Below are positions 8,648-19,384 of a stretch of 64,000 bases of DNA, in pieces; the first letter of the stretch is position 1; each line of letters starts with the position of its first letter. This DNA is from Methylobacter sp. Its GTDB lineage: Bacteria > Pseudomonadota > Gammaproteobacteria > Methylococcales > Methylomonadaceae. The translations under genes were made by a program, and so were the position numbers. The notes under the pieces were generated by a model. The model was given only the letters and a program-made list of their open reading frames with translations, was not told the DNA's origin and did no database searches. The stretch spans positions 8,819 to 72,818 of the forward strand of contig JAURZV010000047.1 in assembly GCA_030653175.1 (NCBI GenBank), in the 5' to 3' direction.

Positions 8648-9874
8648 TTACTTTCGGCACCACTCAAGCGGATCAACCGGCTTACCTTTGTTGCGTATTC
8701 CAAAATACAACCCGGAATGACTGCGACCACCGCTTTGCCCAACGGAAGCAATGACTTCGCCAACATCTACCCACTCACCAACCTGCCGATATAAACTCTG
8801 ATTAAAAGCATAAAGGGTCATATACCCCTTACCGTGATCAATAATAATCAACAAGCCATATCCGCGAAGCCAATCAGAATACACCACTTTCCCGCCGGTA
8901 ATCGCACGTATCTCCGTTCCCTCACTAGCGTTAATTAACACACCGTCCCAAATACTCTCAGTACTCTCGGCTCGCACACTACCGAACTTATTAGTCAATC
9001 GCCCCTTGACCGGCCAAGGCAGTTGGCCCTTCAGTGAATAAAAGTCGCCCTTAAGCTTAGGAAAACCATCTCTGGAATCCGGTAAGTCTTTGGCAGGTTC
9101 GTCGGACGGAACCTCAGCAGCCTTGTGCAATTTTTTTGTTTGCTCAACCTCAAAAGTAAGATCATTGGTCGATCTTCGCAATGAAGATACCAGATTTTTC
9201 AGCTTATTTTCACTTTCTTTCAAGTGAATTATTTGTTGTTCGTTTGAAGAAAAGTCACTTTTTAGTTGTGTCAGCAATTCAGCTCTTCGTTTTCTAACAC
9301 CGTCTACAGCTATCTGTTCCGATTTCTTTTGCTCAAGATTTTTCTCTAAAAGCTCGGTTTCCTGCTGCTGCTGCTTACCAAGCCGATCCAAATGCTGCAT
9401 AGACTCCGAAATGCCGGCCAGTTTTGTCAGGCGAGCCTTATTAAGATAATCGTAATACACCAGCATTCGACTGGATAATGCAGGATCCTGTTGATTAAGC
9501 AGCAGCTTCAATTGTTCCTTTTGCCCCATTGCGTAGGCAGCCTTTATTTGACCCGCTAATTCTTTGTTCTGTTTAGCGACTTCATCCTGAAGACTCTGTT
9601 TTTCCTGTCGAATTTTACTCAAATTCTGTCGTTTTTGCTCAACCTGACCTTGCAATGTCTTTAATAAAGCGGCCGTCCTTCCGTAGAGTTTCTCAACTTC
9701 ACCCAACTGCGTGTTTAAAGTATTTTTTTGCAGCTGAATACGCTGCATATTTTGGTCGGCCGCTTTAATACCCGATTGAACTTCAGTTAGCTCTTCGTTT
9801 TTTTCCGAGATTTCCGTTCTACCCTCATGGACAAATACACTCAGTAAAAAACAAAAAACCAGCTTCTTTCTCAT
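8648..9874 (-). CDS. envC: Murein hydrolase activator EnvC (coiled coil plus M23/LytM domain)
   Basis: Signal peptide, long Q/E/K/L-rich coiled coil, and a C-terminal LytM-like domain (GYGLLIIIDHGKGYMTLYAF..GLYFGIR). It sits immediately downstream of gpmI, as in E. coli. The ATG at 9874 is preferred over the TTG at 9889. Confidence 0.85.
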   Translation of the reverse strand: MRKKLVFCFLLSVFVHEGRTEISEKNEELTEVQSGIKAADQNMQRIQLQKNTLNTQLGEVEKLYGRTAALLKTLQGQVEQKRQNLSKIRQEKQSLQDEVAKQNKELAGQIKAAYAMGQKEQLKLLLNQQDPALSSRMLVYYDYLNKARLTKLAGISESMQHLDRLGKQQQQETELLEKNLEQKKSEQIAVDGVRKRRAELLTQLKSDFSSNEQQIIHLKESENKLKNLVSSLRRSTNDLTFEVEQTKKLHKAAEVPSDEPAKDLPDSRDGFPKLKGDFYSLKGQLPWPVKGRLTNKFGSVRAESTESIWDGVLINASEGTEIRAITGGKVVYSDWLRGYGLLIIIDHGKGYMTLYAFNQSLYRQVGEWVDVGEVIASVGQSGGRSHSGLYFGIRNKGKPVDPLEWCRK

Positions 9875-9881
9875 CCACAGA

Positions 9882-11426
9882 TTAAACAAACTTGATAAGG
9901 GATCGACCAGTCATTTCAACGGGTTGCTCAACCCCTAACATTGCCAGTACTGTTGGAGCCAAGTCCGACAAACTACCGCCTGCGTCTAATGGCTTATCCC
10001 CTCCGACATAAACCAAAGGCACTGGATTTGTAGTATGCGCTGTGTGGGGCTGTCCGGTTTCTTTATCGACCATTTGCTCAATATTGCCGTGGTCGGCGGT
10101 AATCAGCATCTGCCCACCCACCGACTTTAAGGCGTCAACGACGCGCTGCAATGACGCATCGACCGCTTCCACAGCCAAAATCGCCGCATCCATTATGCCG
10201 GTATGCCCCACCATGTCGCAATTAGCATAATTACATATAATGACATCGTATTTACCGCCGGTAATGGCAGCAACCAAATGATCCGTAACCTCTGCCGCAT
10301 TCATTTCCGGCTGTAAATCATAGGTCCTGACCTTGGGTGAAGGCACCAATATCCGGTCTTCTCCAGGAAAAGCGGCGTCTATGCCGCCATTAAGAAAAAA
10401 CGTGACATGGGCAAATTTTTCAGTTTCCGCCAGCCGCAATTGGGTCATACCCAACAAGGACAAATACTCGCCCAGACAATTTTTTATGTCAGTCGGAGGA
10501 TAGGCCACATCATAATCAAAATCCTGCTGATATTCCGTTAAAGTACAGTAATAGCCTGTATGAGGCGCACGGTTTCTATCAAATGCATCGAATGTTGTTG
10601 CCGTTAATGCCAGGGAAATCTCGCGGGCACGATCCGCCCGGAAATTCATAAACACCACCGAGTCTTCGGGATCAAGAGCGACCGCCCGATGCTCTGAATC
10701 CAAAATAGCGGTCGGTAAGACAAACTCATCCGTCTCACCCCGTTCATAAGCCGCCTCCAATCCCTGCAGTGCAGAGTCCGCACTAAAAGCAGCCTCACCT
10801 TTGGCAATCAGGTCATAGGCCTGTTTTACGCGATCCCAGCGATTGTCCCTGTCCATCGCATAGAAACGACCCACAATTGAGGCAATACGACCGACGCCTA
10901 GCGCCGCAAATTTTGCATCAAGCAGCTCAAGGGAAGCCATTGCGCTCTTGGGCGGAACATCCCGTCCATCCAAAAAGGCATGCAGATAAATTTTATCGAG
11001 GCCCCGTTTGGCGGCTAACTCGACCATCGCAGCAATCTGCTGCTCATGACTATGTACGCCGCCAGGCGAGAGCAATCCCATGATATGCAGGGCTTTATTT
11101 TTTTCTTTGGCAAGATCCACGGCCCGGCAAAGAACCGGATTGGAATAAAAACTGCCGTCAATTATTGCGTCGTTGACTTTGGAGAAATCCTGAGGAACAT
11201 AACGGCCGGTGCCTATATGAACATGCCCAACCTCTGAGTTGCCCATTTGTCCACCCGGTAATCCTACGACAGCGCCGGAACAACTGAGCAGCGTCATGGG
11301 ACAGTCTTTCTGTAACTTATCCCAACAAGGTGTATTAGCCATTGCAATGGCATTGTATTCTTTGTCCAACGAGTAACCGAATCCGTCAAGGATCAGCAAT
11401 ACCACCGGCTTTGGTCGATTTACCAT
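9882..11426 (-). CDS. gpmI: 2,3-bisphosphoglycerate-independent phosphoglycerate mutase
   Basis: 514 aa with [15 protein letters not shown]..and ADHGN motifs characteristic of iPGM. Confidence 0.95.
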   Translation of the reverse strand: MVNRPKPVVLLILDGFGYSLDKEYNAIAMANTPCWDKLQKDCPMTLLSCSGAVVGLPGGQMGNSEVGHVHIGTGRYVPQDFSKVNDAIIDGSFYSNPVLCRAVDLAKEKNKALHIMGLLSPGGVHSHEQQIAAMVELAAKRGLDKIYLHAFLDGRDVPPKSAMASLELLDAKFAALGVGRIASIVGRFYAMDRDNRWDRVKQAYDLIAKGEAAFSADSALQGLEAAYERGETDEFVLPTAILDSEHRAVALDPEDSVVFMNFRADRAREISLALTATTFDAFDRNRAPHTGYYCTLTEYQQDFDYDVAYPPTDIKNCLGEYLSLLGMTQLRLAETEKFAHVTFFLNGGIDAAFPGEDRILVPSPKVRTYDLQPEMNAAEVTDHLVAAITGGKYDVIICNYANCDMVGHTGIMDAAILAVEAVDASLQRVVDALKSVGGQMLITADHGNIEQMVDKETGQPHTAHTTNPVPLVYVGGDKPLDAGGSLSDLAPTVLAMLGVEQPVEMTGRSLIKFV

Positions 11427-11701
11427 CTTTAAATTTATCTCCCGATACTAAAAAAAATCCGCATCACTACTTCCCATACAAAATAAATCACTTTGCACTC
11501 CATTTGATTCTTCATTACCCAAAATGGTCGTAGTGATGTATTATTTTGCCAGATTCACTGGTTTTTCGTATTTTGGCAACATGCCAGTCACGCAATCAAG
11601 TAGTCATTATATTAATACACGTTGACAACAGTTGTGTATAAATAATTCTTCACGGGTTCTTTTTAATCAGATTCAATAAACCAGAAACATTAAGCAGACC
11701 T

Positions 11702-12016
11702 ATGAAAATTAAAAATCCGCACAATTTGTATAACGATACGGATATAGCCAAAGCAGCTCTCTGCTTAAAGGCAATGTCACATCCATTGCGTTTAAAAATA
11801 TTATGCGTCCTGGGCAATGATTCAATCTGCGTACAACAAATTGTCGATCAGGTCGGCACCAGTCAGAGCAATATTTCCCAGCATCTGGCAATTCTCAGGG
11901 AAAAAAAAATTCTCGGCTCTAAAAAACAAGCCAACCGCGTTTATTACTTTATTGACGACGCCCGCATGCTGTTGCTCATTAAAATGATGCAGGATGTCTT
12001 CTGCTCTAATCACTAA
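11702..12016 (+). CDS. ArsR/SmtB family transcriptional regulator
   Basis: 104 aa with LKAMSHPLRLKILCVL and the HTH segment SQSNISQHLAILREKKIL. Confidence 0.85.
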   Translation: MKIKNPHNLYNDTDIAKAALCLKAMSHPLRLKILCVLGNDSICVQQIVDQVGTSQSNISQHLAILREKKILGSKKQANRVYYFIDDARMLLLIKMMQDVFCSNH

Positions 12017-12056
12017 TTCATCTTTTCTTCACCCACTTAACTTTACAAATTTATCC

Positions 12057-12500
12057 ATGGACCGTTATCTAGAATTCATTTTAAATCACTACATATTATC
12101 TCTCGCTCTGGCAGTAGTTACTTTTTTATTAATCCAGGAATTATTCGATACTGCATTCAAAAAATTCGGCGCCGTTTCTCCTTTACTGGCTGTCGCCAAA
12201 ATGAACGATAGCGATACAATTGTTATCGATGTACGCGAACCGGAAGAGTTTCTTAAAGGCCATATTGAAAACGCAATCAACACGCCATTGGGCAATTTGC
12301 CCGCTCACCTGTCAAAACTGGAAACACACAGAAACAAACCTGTCCTTATAGCCTGCCAAACAGGAACACGCTCAGCATCGGCCGGAAAAATATTAACTAA
12401 AGCAGGATTCGAGCAGGTTTTCGTTATTACCGGCGGCATGCAAGCCTGGGAAAACGACTACAAACTACCTATAAAATCGGCTGGCAAACACAAAAACTAA
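12057..12500 (+). CDS. Membrane-anchored rhodanese-domain protein (YibN-like)
   Basis: N-terminal TM helix, then a rhodanese fold with the active-site loop CQTGTRS. Its position upstream of secB-gpsA matches E. coli yibN. The start is taken at MDRYLEF. Confidence 0.8.
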   Translation: MDRYLEFILNHYILSLALAVVTFLLIQELFDTAFKKFGAVSPLLAVAKMNDSDTIVIDVREPEEFLKGHIENAINTPLGNLPAHLSKLETHRNKPVLIACQTGTRSASAGKILTKAGFEQVFVITGGMQAWENDYKLPIKSAGKHKN

Positions 12501-12552
12501 AGCTGTGCTTGGAAGCAGCCATCACATTAAACCCTACTCATAGAAATCCATC

Positions 12553-13020
12553 ATGACCGAAGAAACCAACGCAGTAGAAAAACAATTTTCCATCCAGAAA
12601 ATTTATACAAAAGACATGTCTTTTGAGACACCTAATTCGCCTAAAGTATTTACCGAAAAATGGGAGCCCACTGTCGACTTTAATCTGGGCACTCATGTTT
12701 TGCCTTTAGAAAATTCAATGTACGAAGTAGCCCTTGCGGTAACCATCACCGTAAAAAACGGCGACGCAACAGCCTATCTTGTTGAAGTCAATCAGGCAGG
12801 AATTTTCTCTTTAAGCGGTTTTACGGATGCAGAAATGGGACCGATGGTTGGCAGTTTCTGCCCCAACATTCTGTTTCCTTACGCGAGAGAGGCCATTTCC
12901 GACCTCGTCACAAAAGGCGGCTTTCCGCAAATGCTTTTAGCCCCGGTAAATTTTGATGCCTTATACTCGCAACATTTACAGCAAGCACAACAAGCGCCTG
13001 GTTCTGACACCATCAATTAA
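12553..13020 (+). CDS. secB: Protein-export chaperone SecB
   Basis: 155 aa, FSIQKIYTKDMSFETPNSP..EVNQAGIF..CPNILFPYAREAISDLV, the canonical SecB sequence. Confidence 0.95.
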   Translation: MTEETNAVEKQFSIQKIYTKDMSFETPNSPKVFTEKWEPTVDFNLGTHVLPLENSMYEVALAVTITVKNGDATAYLVEVNQAGIFSLSGFTDAEMGPMVGSFCPNILFPYAREAISDLVTKGGFPQMLLAPVNFDALYSQHLQQAQQAPGSDTIN

Positions 13021-13051
13021 CCTGTCCTGAGCTTGTCGAAGGGGTCACTCG

Positions 13052-14050
13052 ATGAATAAGAAAATAGCCGTCCTGGGTGCAGGCTCATGGGGGACGACTC
13101 TGGCAATTCTGGCCGCCAGAAATGGCTGCCGGACGTTATTATGGGGCCATAATCCGGAACACATGGCGTCGCTTACACAAGATCGTGAAAACAAACGCTA
13201 TTTACCCGGACCGGTTTTTCCTGAAAACCTCACCCTTACTTCCGACTTGGCCGAAGTCGCAGACTTTAGCAGCCTGATGCTGGTTTCCGTGCCCAGCCAC
13301 GCATTTAAAGATACTCTGCTTAAGCTCAAAACATATTTATCCAGTAACGTACAAATAGCTTGGGCAACCAAAGGCTTTAATCCTGATAACGGCTCATTAC
13401 TTCATGAAGTAGTAGCCGATATATTTTCTGCGCAAACCCCGGCGGCTTTGCTTTCAGGCCCCAGTTTTGCAGGTGAAGTCGCGGCCGGCCTGCCGACAGC
13501 CATTACTATTGCTTCATCCCAGCCGGATTTTGCAGGCCTTCTGGCCGACATCCTGCATAGTGAACGTTTTCGAACTTATACCAACTCGGACCTGATTGGC
13601 GTAGAAGTCGGCGGGGCAGTAAAAAACGTCATGGCGATAGCCGCCGGTATTGCCGATGGACTTGGCTTTGGCGCCAACACCCGGGCCGCGCTGATTACAC
13701 GGGGATTAAATGAAATCATTCGTCTCGGCGTCAAACTTGGAGGCAAACAAGAAACCTTTATGGGACTGGCAGGCTTGGGCGACCTTATTTTGACCTGCAC
13801 CGACAACCAATCCAGAAACCGGCGTTTTGGGTTAGCCTTGGGACAGGGCAAAGACACAATTGCCGCCATAAAGGAAATCGGCCAGGAAATTGAAGGTATT
13901 TCAGCGGCAAAAGAAACCTTTTTACTCGCTAAAAAATACGGCGTCGACATGCCGATTACCGAACAGACCTACAAGGTTTTATATGAAGGTTTGGCCCCGC
14001 TGGCGGCCGTACAAAACCTATTGGCTCGGGAGCAAAAGGCCGAATCGTAG
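13052..14050 (+). CDS. gpsA: NAD(P)H-dependent glycerol-3-phosphate dehydrogenase
   Basis: 332 aa with the N-terminal GAGSWGT Rossmann motif and GAVKNV..NTRAALITRGL motifs. Confidence 0.95.
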   Translation: MNKKIAVLGAGSWGTTLAILAARNGCRTLLWGHNPEHMASLTQDRENKRYLPGPVFPENLTLTSDLAEVADFSSLMLVSVPSHAFKDTLLKLKTYLSSNVQIAWATKGFNPDNGSLLHEVVADIFSAQTPAALLSGPSFAGEVAAGLPTAITIASSQPDFAGLLADILHSERFRTYTNSDLIGVEVGGAVKNVMAIAAGIADGLGFGANTRAALITRGLNEIIRLGVKLGGKQETFMGLAGLGDLILTCTDNQSRNRRFGLALGQGKDTIAAIKEIGQEIEGISAAKETFLLAKKYGVDMPITEQTYKVLYEGLAPLAAVQNLLAREQKAES

Positions 14051-14192
14051 AGATGTTGCAGGGCAATCACATTACTTACGTGCTTTTGTGTCAAATCCAG
14101 CCTGATCATATTCCGGCAACTTGAACAGTGATTCTGAAAAATTCAAGAAAGTGTTCAGCTTGAGCCAGCATACACAGTCGGATGGTTTTGGC

Positions 14193-14591
14193 CTAAGGCT
14201 CAAGTAAAACAACACCTGTGTTTAAGCCAGTTGCTTTTTTAATGAGTCTTTTATCAAAGCTGGCAAACTTGTCTGCATGCAAACTGCAAGCAAGATGTAA
14301 AGCATCGGCAAAGTCCATGCCTTGCTCATACCATCGCAGAGCTTGCGCAATAGCTGTGCCATGCTCCACAGTAAAACTATCGGTGGTTAATATTTTTTGC
14401 ACAGCTACCAAAATAACCGAACGCTCTAAAGCGTAGCTATAGCGTAGTACCCACTCTAATTCTAAAATGACTGTTTTGGAAATAAAGACCGCGTGAAGAT
14501 GCAATAATTTAGCCGCACGTTGTACTTGTTCCGGGTTATCATTGGTGACAATGCGTACAAGAATATTGGTATCAATCGCTATCATGTTCAC
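14193..14591 (-). CDS. vapC: PIN-domain toxin VapC
   Basis: 132 aa beginning MIAIDTNILVR (the first PIN acidic residue), with further conserved acidic positions. It overlaps the upstream antitoxin gene by 20 nt. Confidence 0.85.
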   Translation of the reverse strand: MNMIAIDTNILVRIVTNDNPEQVQRAAKLLHLHAVFISKTVILELEWVLRYSYALERSVILVAVQKILTTDSFTVEHGTAIAQALRWYEQGMDFADALHLACSLHADKFASFDKRLIKKATGLNTGVVLLEP

Positions 14592-14841
14592 CCCATTCAG
14601 CGATAACGCCCTGTCGAATCCCCTCTTCCATTTCTTCTACTGTTCTTGCATTACCTTGATAACCTGTGCAGCCGATTAAATCATTGATTGTTGTTTTGGG
14701 TAAGGTGTTTTTAGTTTTTAATAAAATGCCTTGCGGGGTGATTTCGACTTCCAATTCCTGCCCAACATTTAAATGACAAGCCTCACGTATGGTTTTTGGA
14801 ATAATGACTTGTCCTTTACTGGATAAACGGGTGGTTTGCAT
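14572..14841 (-). CDS. vapB: AbrB/SpoVT-family antitoxin VapB
   Basis: 89 aa, MQTTRLSSKGQVIIPKTIRE (SpoVT/AbrB swapped-hairpin motif), upstream of and overlapping vapC. Confidence 0.8.
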   Translation of the reverse strand: MQTTRLSSKGQVIIPKTIREACHLNVGQELEVEITPQGILLKTKNTLPKTTINDLIGCTGYQGNARTVEEMEEGIRQGVIAEWGEHDSD

Positions 14842-14991
14842 AACATTATCTCCTTAAATAGAAAGTAAGATTATGGTAAGACCTCCGGTTATTGTCAATT
14901 GGCGTTATTGATTTTTTCTGAGTGGGTATTGTTTTATTTTCTGTCCTTCACACCAGTCCCAATTCTCAAAATCAAGATAGCGTAGGAAAAT

Positions 14992-15016
14992 GGTGGGCAA
15001 AAAAAGCCTGCCCACC
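14992..15016. repeat. REP-like hairpin, GGTGGGCA family; likely trmL terminator
   Basis: GGTGGGCA-AAAAAAGCC-TGCCCACC lies 9 nt downstream of the trmL stop. Confidence 0.7.
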
Positions 15017-15024
15017 CTGCTTGA

Positions 15025-15495
15025 CTATTTTATCGCCGCACCTGCAAAAGCCATCTGCCGCCAAGCCTCGTAAAGGACAATAGAAACAGTATTAGACAGA
15101 TTCAGGCTCCGGCTTTCTGCCTGCATCGGCAAATACAAGCACCGCTCGGAGCCCAGTTCCGCTAACACAGGTGCAGGCAAGCCGCGCGTCTCGGGGCCGA
15201 ACAAAAAAGCATCCTCAGACTGAAAACTCACCTCGCTGTATATTTTCGCGCCTTTGGTGGTCAGCGCAAACATCCGCCCCGGCTTAATGCTAAGCACAAA
15301 ATCAGCCAATGAATCGTGCTCTTTTACTGCCACCCATTCATGGTAATCCAGCCCTGCCCTGCGCAATTTCTTGTCATCCAATTCAAAACCCAGCGGCTTG
15401 ATCAAATGCAACTGCATGCCGGAATTTGCGCATAAACGGATAATATTCCCGGTATTAGCGGGAATTTCCGGCTCATACAAAACAATATGAAACAC
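15025..15495 (-). CDS. trmL: tRNA (cytidine/uridine-2'-O)-methyltransferase TrmL (SpoU class)
   Basis: 156 aa, MFHIVLYEPEIPANTGNIIRLCAN..LFGPETRGL..SLNLSN, the TrmL/YibK signature. Confidence 0.9.
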   Translation of the reverse strand: MFHIVLYEPEIPANTGNIIRLCANSGMQLHLIKPLGFELDDKKLRRAGLDYHEWVAVKEHDSLADFVLSIKPGRMFALTTKGAKIYSEVSFQSEDAFLFGPETRGLPAPVLAELGSERCLYLPMQAESRSLNLSNTVSIVLYEAWRQMAFAGAAIK

Positions 15496-15497
15496 GC

Positions 15498-17999
15498 TCA
15501 GAACTTGATACTGACCGGCGTCAGTTTCCAGATCTTGTTATTGTAATCAGTAATGGTTCTGTCGGTAGAAAACTTACCGCTAGCGGCGCAGTTTAAAATA
15601 CTCATTTTGATCCAATGTTCCTGATCCTTGTAAGCCACTTCCACCCGTTTTTGTGCATCGATAAAACTACGGAAATCGGCTGCCGTCATCCAGGGATCGT
15701 GAGGACTTTTTATTGACGCCAAAATATCGTCAAAAAGTCCCGGCTCAAATTGATTAAAATGCCCGCACTCAAGCAGCTTAATGACCCTGCTTAAATCTTC
15801 ATCCTGATTGATGATCGCATTAGGATTATAGTGACGACTCATGTCTTCAACCTGCTCTTCGGTCAAACCGAACAGGAAAAAATTCTCATCCCCGACTTCT
15901 TCGCGAATTTCAATATTGGCCCCGTCCAGCGTACCGATAGTCAACGCGCCGTTCATCATAAACTTCATATTGCCGGTGCCCGACGCCTCCTTACCGGCGG
16001 TTGAAATTTGTTCGGAAAGATCCGCGCCCGGACAGATTTTTTCCATCGCGGAAACCCGGTAATTAGGCAGGAAAACCAACTTCAACTTTCTGCCCACATC
16101 AGGATCGGAATTAATGACGCTTGAAACATTATTGATCAGCTTGATAATTTTTTTCGCCATGTAATAACCCGGCGCCGCCTTCCCGCCGATCAGTACACAA
16201 CGATCCGTCCAGTTCGCGGTATCGCCGCGCTTAATGCGGTCATATAGATGAATCACATGCAGCACATTCAACAGTTGACGTTTATATTCATGAACGCGCT
16301 TGACCTGCACATCAAACAGGGCGTCAACATTAAAATCAACATCATGTTCGAGCCTTTTGTAATCGATCAGTTTTTGCTTTGCGTCTTGCTTAATTTCACG
16401 CCAGCGCTTGCGGAACTTCTTGTCTTCGGCAAAAGGTTCAAGCTTCTTTAACAACGACAAGTCCGTCAGCCATCCATTGTCTATAGTTGCAGTGATCAGT
16501 TCGGCCAGTTCAGGATTACATGCCGCCAGCCAACGACGAGGGGTAACCCCATTGGTTTTATTGTTGAATTTACCCGGCCAGAACTCATAAAAATCACGAA
16601 ACAAGCCTTGCTGCAATAATTTCGAATGCAACGCGGCAACGCCGTTAACCGAAAAGCTGCCGACGATAGCCAGATAAGCCATTCTGACGTATTGCTCGCC
16701 GCCTTCTTCGATAATAGACATACGGTTTAACCGGCCTGTATCGCCCGGCCAATGCGCAGAGACTTCCGCCATAAAATGGGCATTAATGTCGAAGATGATC
16801 TCCATCAGCCTTGGCAATAATTGCTTGAACAGATTAACCGACCACCGTTCCAGCGCTTCCGGCAACAAGGTATGGTTGGTGTAGGCCATCGTCTTACGGG
16901 TAATGGCCCAAGCATCATCCCAGACCAAACCGTGGACATCCAACAGCAGGCGCATTAATTCCGCAACCGCTATGCTCGGATGCGTATCATTTAACTGGAA
17001 CGCATTTTTCGCCGCAAACCCGGAAAAATCATTACCGTGGCGACCGACCCAGGTGCCGATCACATCCTGCAAGCTGGCGGAAGCCAGCAGATATTGCTGG
17101 CGCAGACGCAGTGCCTTGCCGTTTTCATTGGCGTCATTCGGATAAAGCACCATGGTAATATTTTCAGCGGTATTTTTTGCCGCTACCGATTCTGCGTAAT
17201 CGCCGGCATTAAACTCCTGTAGATTGAATTCTTCAGTCGCCGTGGCTTTCCATAAACGCAAAGTGTTCACCGTACCGTTCCGGTATCCCGGAATCGGCGT
17301 ATCGTAAGGAACCGCGAGTATATCTTGCGTCTCTACCCAGCTGGTCCTTTTATTGCCGAACTCGTCAATATGCGACTCGGTATGTCCGCCAAATTTAATC
17401 CTAACAGTGTATTCGGGACGTTCAATTTCCCACACATTGCCGTTACGCAGCCAATGATCCGGTTTCTCCACCTGCTCGCCATTGATAATATCCTGCGAAA
17501 ACATCCCATATTCATAACGCAAACCGTACCCGGTCACCGGCAGCTGCAAAGTTGCACAGCTATCGATAAAACAGGCCGCTAAACGCCCTAAGCCTCCATT
17601 ACCCAAACCGGCATCCGGCTCGCTTTCAATCAGCTCTTCAATCTCAAGGCCCAAATCATACATAGCCTGCTCAACCGCCTCGGTAATACCCAAATTCAGC
17701 ATGGCATTACTCAATGTGCGGCCCATTAAAAATTCCATCGACAGATAGTAGGCTCTTTTGCAATCCGTTTCTTTGTAAGTGTTGTAAGTTCTTTTCCATC
17801 GCTCTATGAGCCGGTCGCTGATAGCCATCGACAGCGCCTCATAGGCATAATGCGGCGACGTACAGTTTTCATCCCTGCCCAGACGGTGGCTGTAATAATG
17901 CTTGAAATCGGCAACAAAGTCCTGCTCATCCATGCCCAAATCCGGAAGCACGGTAATTGTGGATTTTGGTTTACTTGTTTTAAAACTTCTATTGGGCAT
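15498..17999 (-). CDS. glgP: Glycogen/maltodextrin phosphorylase
   Basis: 833 aa with YLSMEFLMGR, GLGNGGLGRLAACF and the PLP-lysine region EASGTGNMKFMMNGALT. Confidence 0.95.
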   Translation of the reverse strand: MPNRSFKTSKPKSTITVLPDLGMDEQDFVADFKHYYSHRLGRDENCTSPHYAYEALSMAISDRLIERWKRTYNTYKETDCKRAYYLSMEFLMGRTLSNAMLNLGITEAVEQAMYDLGLEIEELIESEPDAGLGNGGLGRLAACFIDSCATLQLPVTGYGLRYEYGMFSQDIINGEQVEKPDHWLRNGNVWEIERPEYTVRIKFGGHTESHIDEFGNKRTSWVETQDILAVPYDTPIPGYRNGTVNTLRLWKATATEEFNLQEFNAGDYAESVAAKNTAENITMVLYPNDANENGKALRLRQQYLLASASLQDVIGTWVGRHGNDFSGFAAKNAFQLNDTHPSIAVAELMRLLLDVHGLVWDDAWAITRKTMAYTNHTLLPEALERWSVNLFKQLLPRLMEIIFDINAHFMAEVSAHWPGDTGRLNRMSIIEEGGEQYVRMAYLAIVGSFSVNGVAALHSKLLQQGLFRDFYEFWPGKFNNKTNGVTPRRWLAACNPELAELITATIDNGWLTDLSLLKKLEPFAEDKKFRKRWREIKQDAKQKLIDYKRLEHDVDFNVDALFDVQVKRVHEYKRQLLNVLHVIHLYDRIKRGDTANWTDRCVLIGGKAAPGYYMAKKIIKLINNVSSVINSDPDVGRKLKLVFLPNYRVSAMEKICPGADLSEQISTAGKEASGTGNMKFMMNGALTIGTLDGANIEIREEVGDENFFLFGLTEEQVEDMSRHYNPNAIINQDEDLSRVIKLLECGHFNQFEPGLFDDILASIKSPHDPWMTAADFRSFIDAQKRVEVAYKDQEHWIKMSILNCAASGKFSTDRTITDYNNKIWKLTPVSIKF

Positions 18000-18111
18000 A
18001 TTTTTAACACTACAGAGTTGATATTAGGTTGATGTTAACTATTTTTTGTTATTTAGCCAAAGATATTCTTTGGTCAGATGCCTCCCTTGCTTTTGCCGAA
18101 CACCGAAAACG

Positions 18112-19353
18112 TTATCGCAAAGCTTTTTCCCAGCGACTTACCAGTGCAGCCGCGATGCTGTTGCCGAATACGTTAGTCGCGCTACGCCCCATATCCAGCA
18201 CCTGATCGACGGCCAGCAGCAACAGCAAACCGGCCTCGGGGATATGAAACATCGATAGCGTGGCCGCAATAACGATTAACGAGGCTCTGGGCACACCGGC
18301 CACGCCCTTGCTGGTGAACAGCAGCACCAGCAGCATGATCAGCTGATCGCCCAGCGCCATGTCAATGCCGTAGGCCTGGGCGATAAACAGCACGGCAAAG
18401 GTCATGTACATCATGCTGCCGTCGAGATTGAACGAATAACCCAGAGGCAGCACCAGCCCGCAGACTTTTTCATCACAACCGAAGCGTTCCAATTGTTGCA
18501 ACAGTTTCGGGTAAGCGCTCTCGCTGCTGGCGGTGCCGAAAGCCAGCAGCATCGGCTCGCGGATGTGGCGAATCAAGGACAGAATTTTGCGTCCCAGAAT
18601 AAAAAAGCCGACGCAACCCAGCGCACCGCACAACAACAGCAATCCTAAATAAAACTCCCCGATAAAGCGGCCGTAAGACGCCAATACGCCGATACCGTTT
18701 TGCGCGATGACCGAGGCCACCGCCGAAAACACCGCAACCGGCGCGATATGCATGACATATCCGGTGACTTTCAACATGATGTGCGTCAGCGAATCGAGCA
18801 ACTTGACGGTCGGATGCGCGAGTTCGCCCAGCGAGGCGCAGGCCACGCCAAAGAACATGGAGAACACCACGATCTGCAAAATCTCGTTGGCCGCCATGGC
18901 TTCGATGATGCTTTTCGGGAACATGTGCGAGACAAAATTACCCAGTGTCGGCGTAGCCTGCGGCAACCCCGTTTCCGCCCCAATATCAGGCAGCGCCATG
19001 TGCAGCGAACTTCCCGGTTCGAACCAGTTCACCAGCAACATCCCCAACAACAGACTGAAAACAGAAGCAGAGAAAAACCACAGCATCGCCTTGATGCCGA
19101 CCCGTCCGACGGTGTGAATGTCACCCATTTTGGCCATACCCACCACCAGCGTGGAAAAAACCAGCGGTGCGATAATCATCTTGACCAGCCGCAGGAAAAT
19201 ATCCGTCAGCGCGGCAAAAATCCCGACGATCTGCTTCACGGCTTCAGTTCCGCCCAGCATCAGGCTTAGCAGTTCGCCAACAATGATACCGAGCACCAGT
19301 GCTATAGCGACATAGAGTGTCTGGCGATTGGGTTGCTGGGTGTGAGTCGTCAT
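18112..19353 (-). CDS. Dicarboxylate/amino acid:cation symporter (DctA/GltP family)
   Basis: Polytopic protein with the family motifs PLVFSTLVVGMA and SSESAYP..GYSFNLDGS. The start is uncertain (ATG at 19386, 19359 or 19353), and I prefer 19353, which follows AAGG. Confidence 0.8.
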   Translation of the reverse strand: MTTHTQQPNRQTLYVAIALVLGIIVGELLSLMLGGTEAVKQIVGIFAALTDIFLRLVKMIIAPLVFSTLVVGMAKMGDIHTVGRVGIKAMLWFFSASVFSLLLGMLLVNWFEPGSSLHMALPDIGAETGLPQATPTLGNFVSHMFPKSIIEAMAANEILQIVVFSMFFGVACASLGELAHPTVKLLDSLTHIMLKVTGYVMHIAPVAVFSAVASVIAQNGIGVLASYGRFIGEFYLGLLLLCGALGCVGFFILGRKILSLIRHIREPMLLAFGTASSESAYPKLLQQLERFGCDEKVCGLVLPLGYSFNLDGSMMYMTFAVLFIAQAYGIDMALGDQLIMLLVLLFTSKGVAGVPRASLIVIAATLSMFHIPEAGLLLLLAVDQVLDMGRSATNVFGNSIAAALVSRWEKALR

Positions 19354-19384
19354 AAACATGCCTTGTAAAATTATAAAGATTTTC

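Noticed and set aside
8568-8766. N-terminal extension of the S41 protease ORF (to 8663) and the 96-aa ORF 8476..8766
   Set aside because: Both read through the GTAGGGGCG REP palindrome and into the envC 3' end. The protease has a normal signal-anchor start at 8567.
19016-19025. GGTTCGAACC, a tRNA T-arm-like motif
   Set aside because: It lies inside the dctA-like CDS with no surrounding cloverleaf (no acceptor or anticodon stems). I found no tRNA or rRNA gene anywhere in the window.
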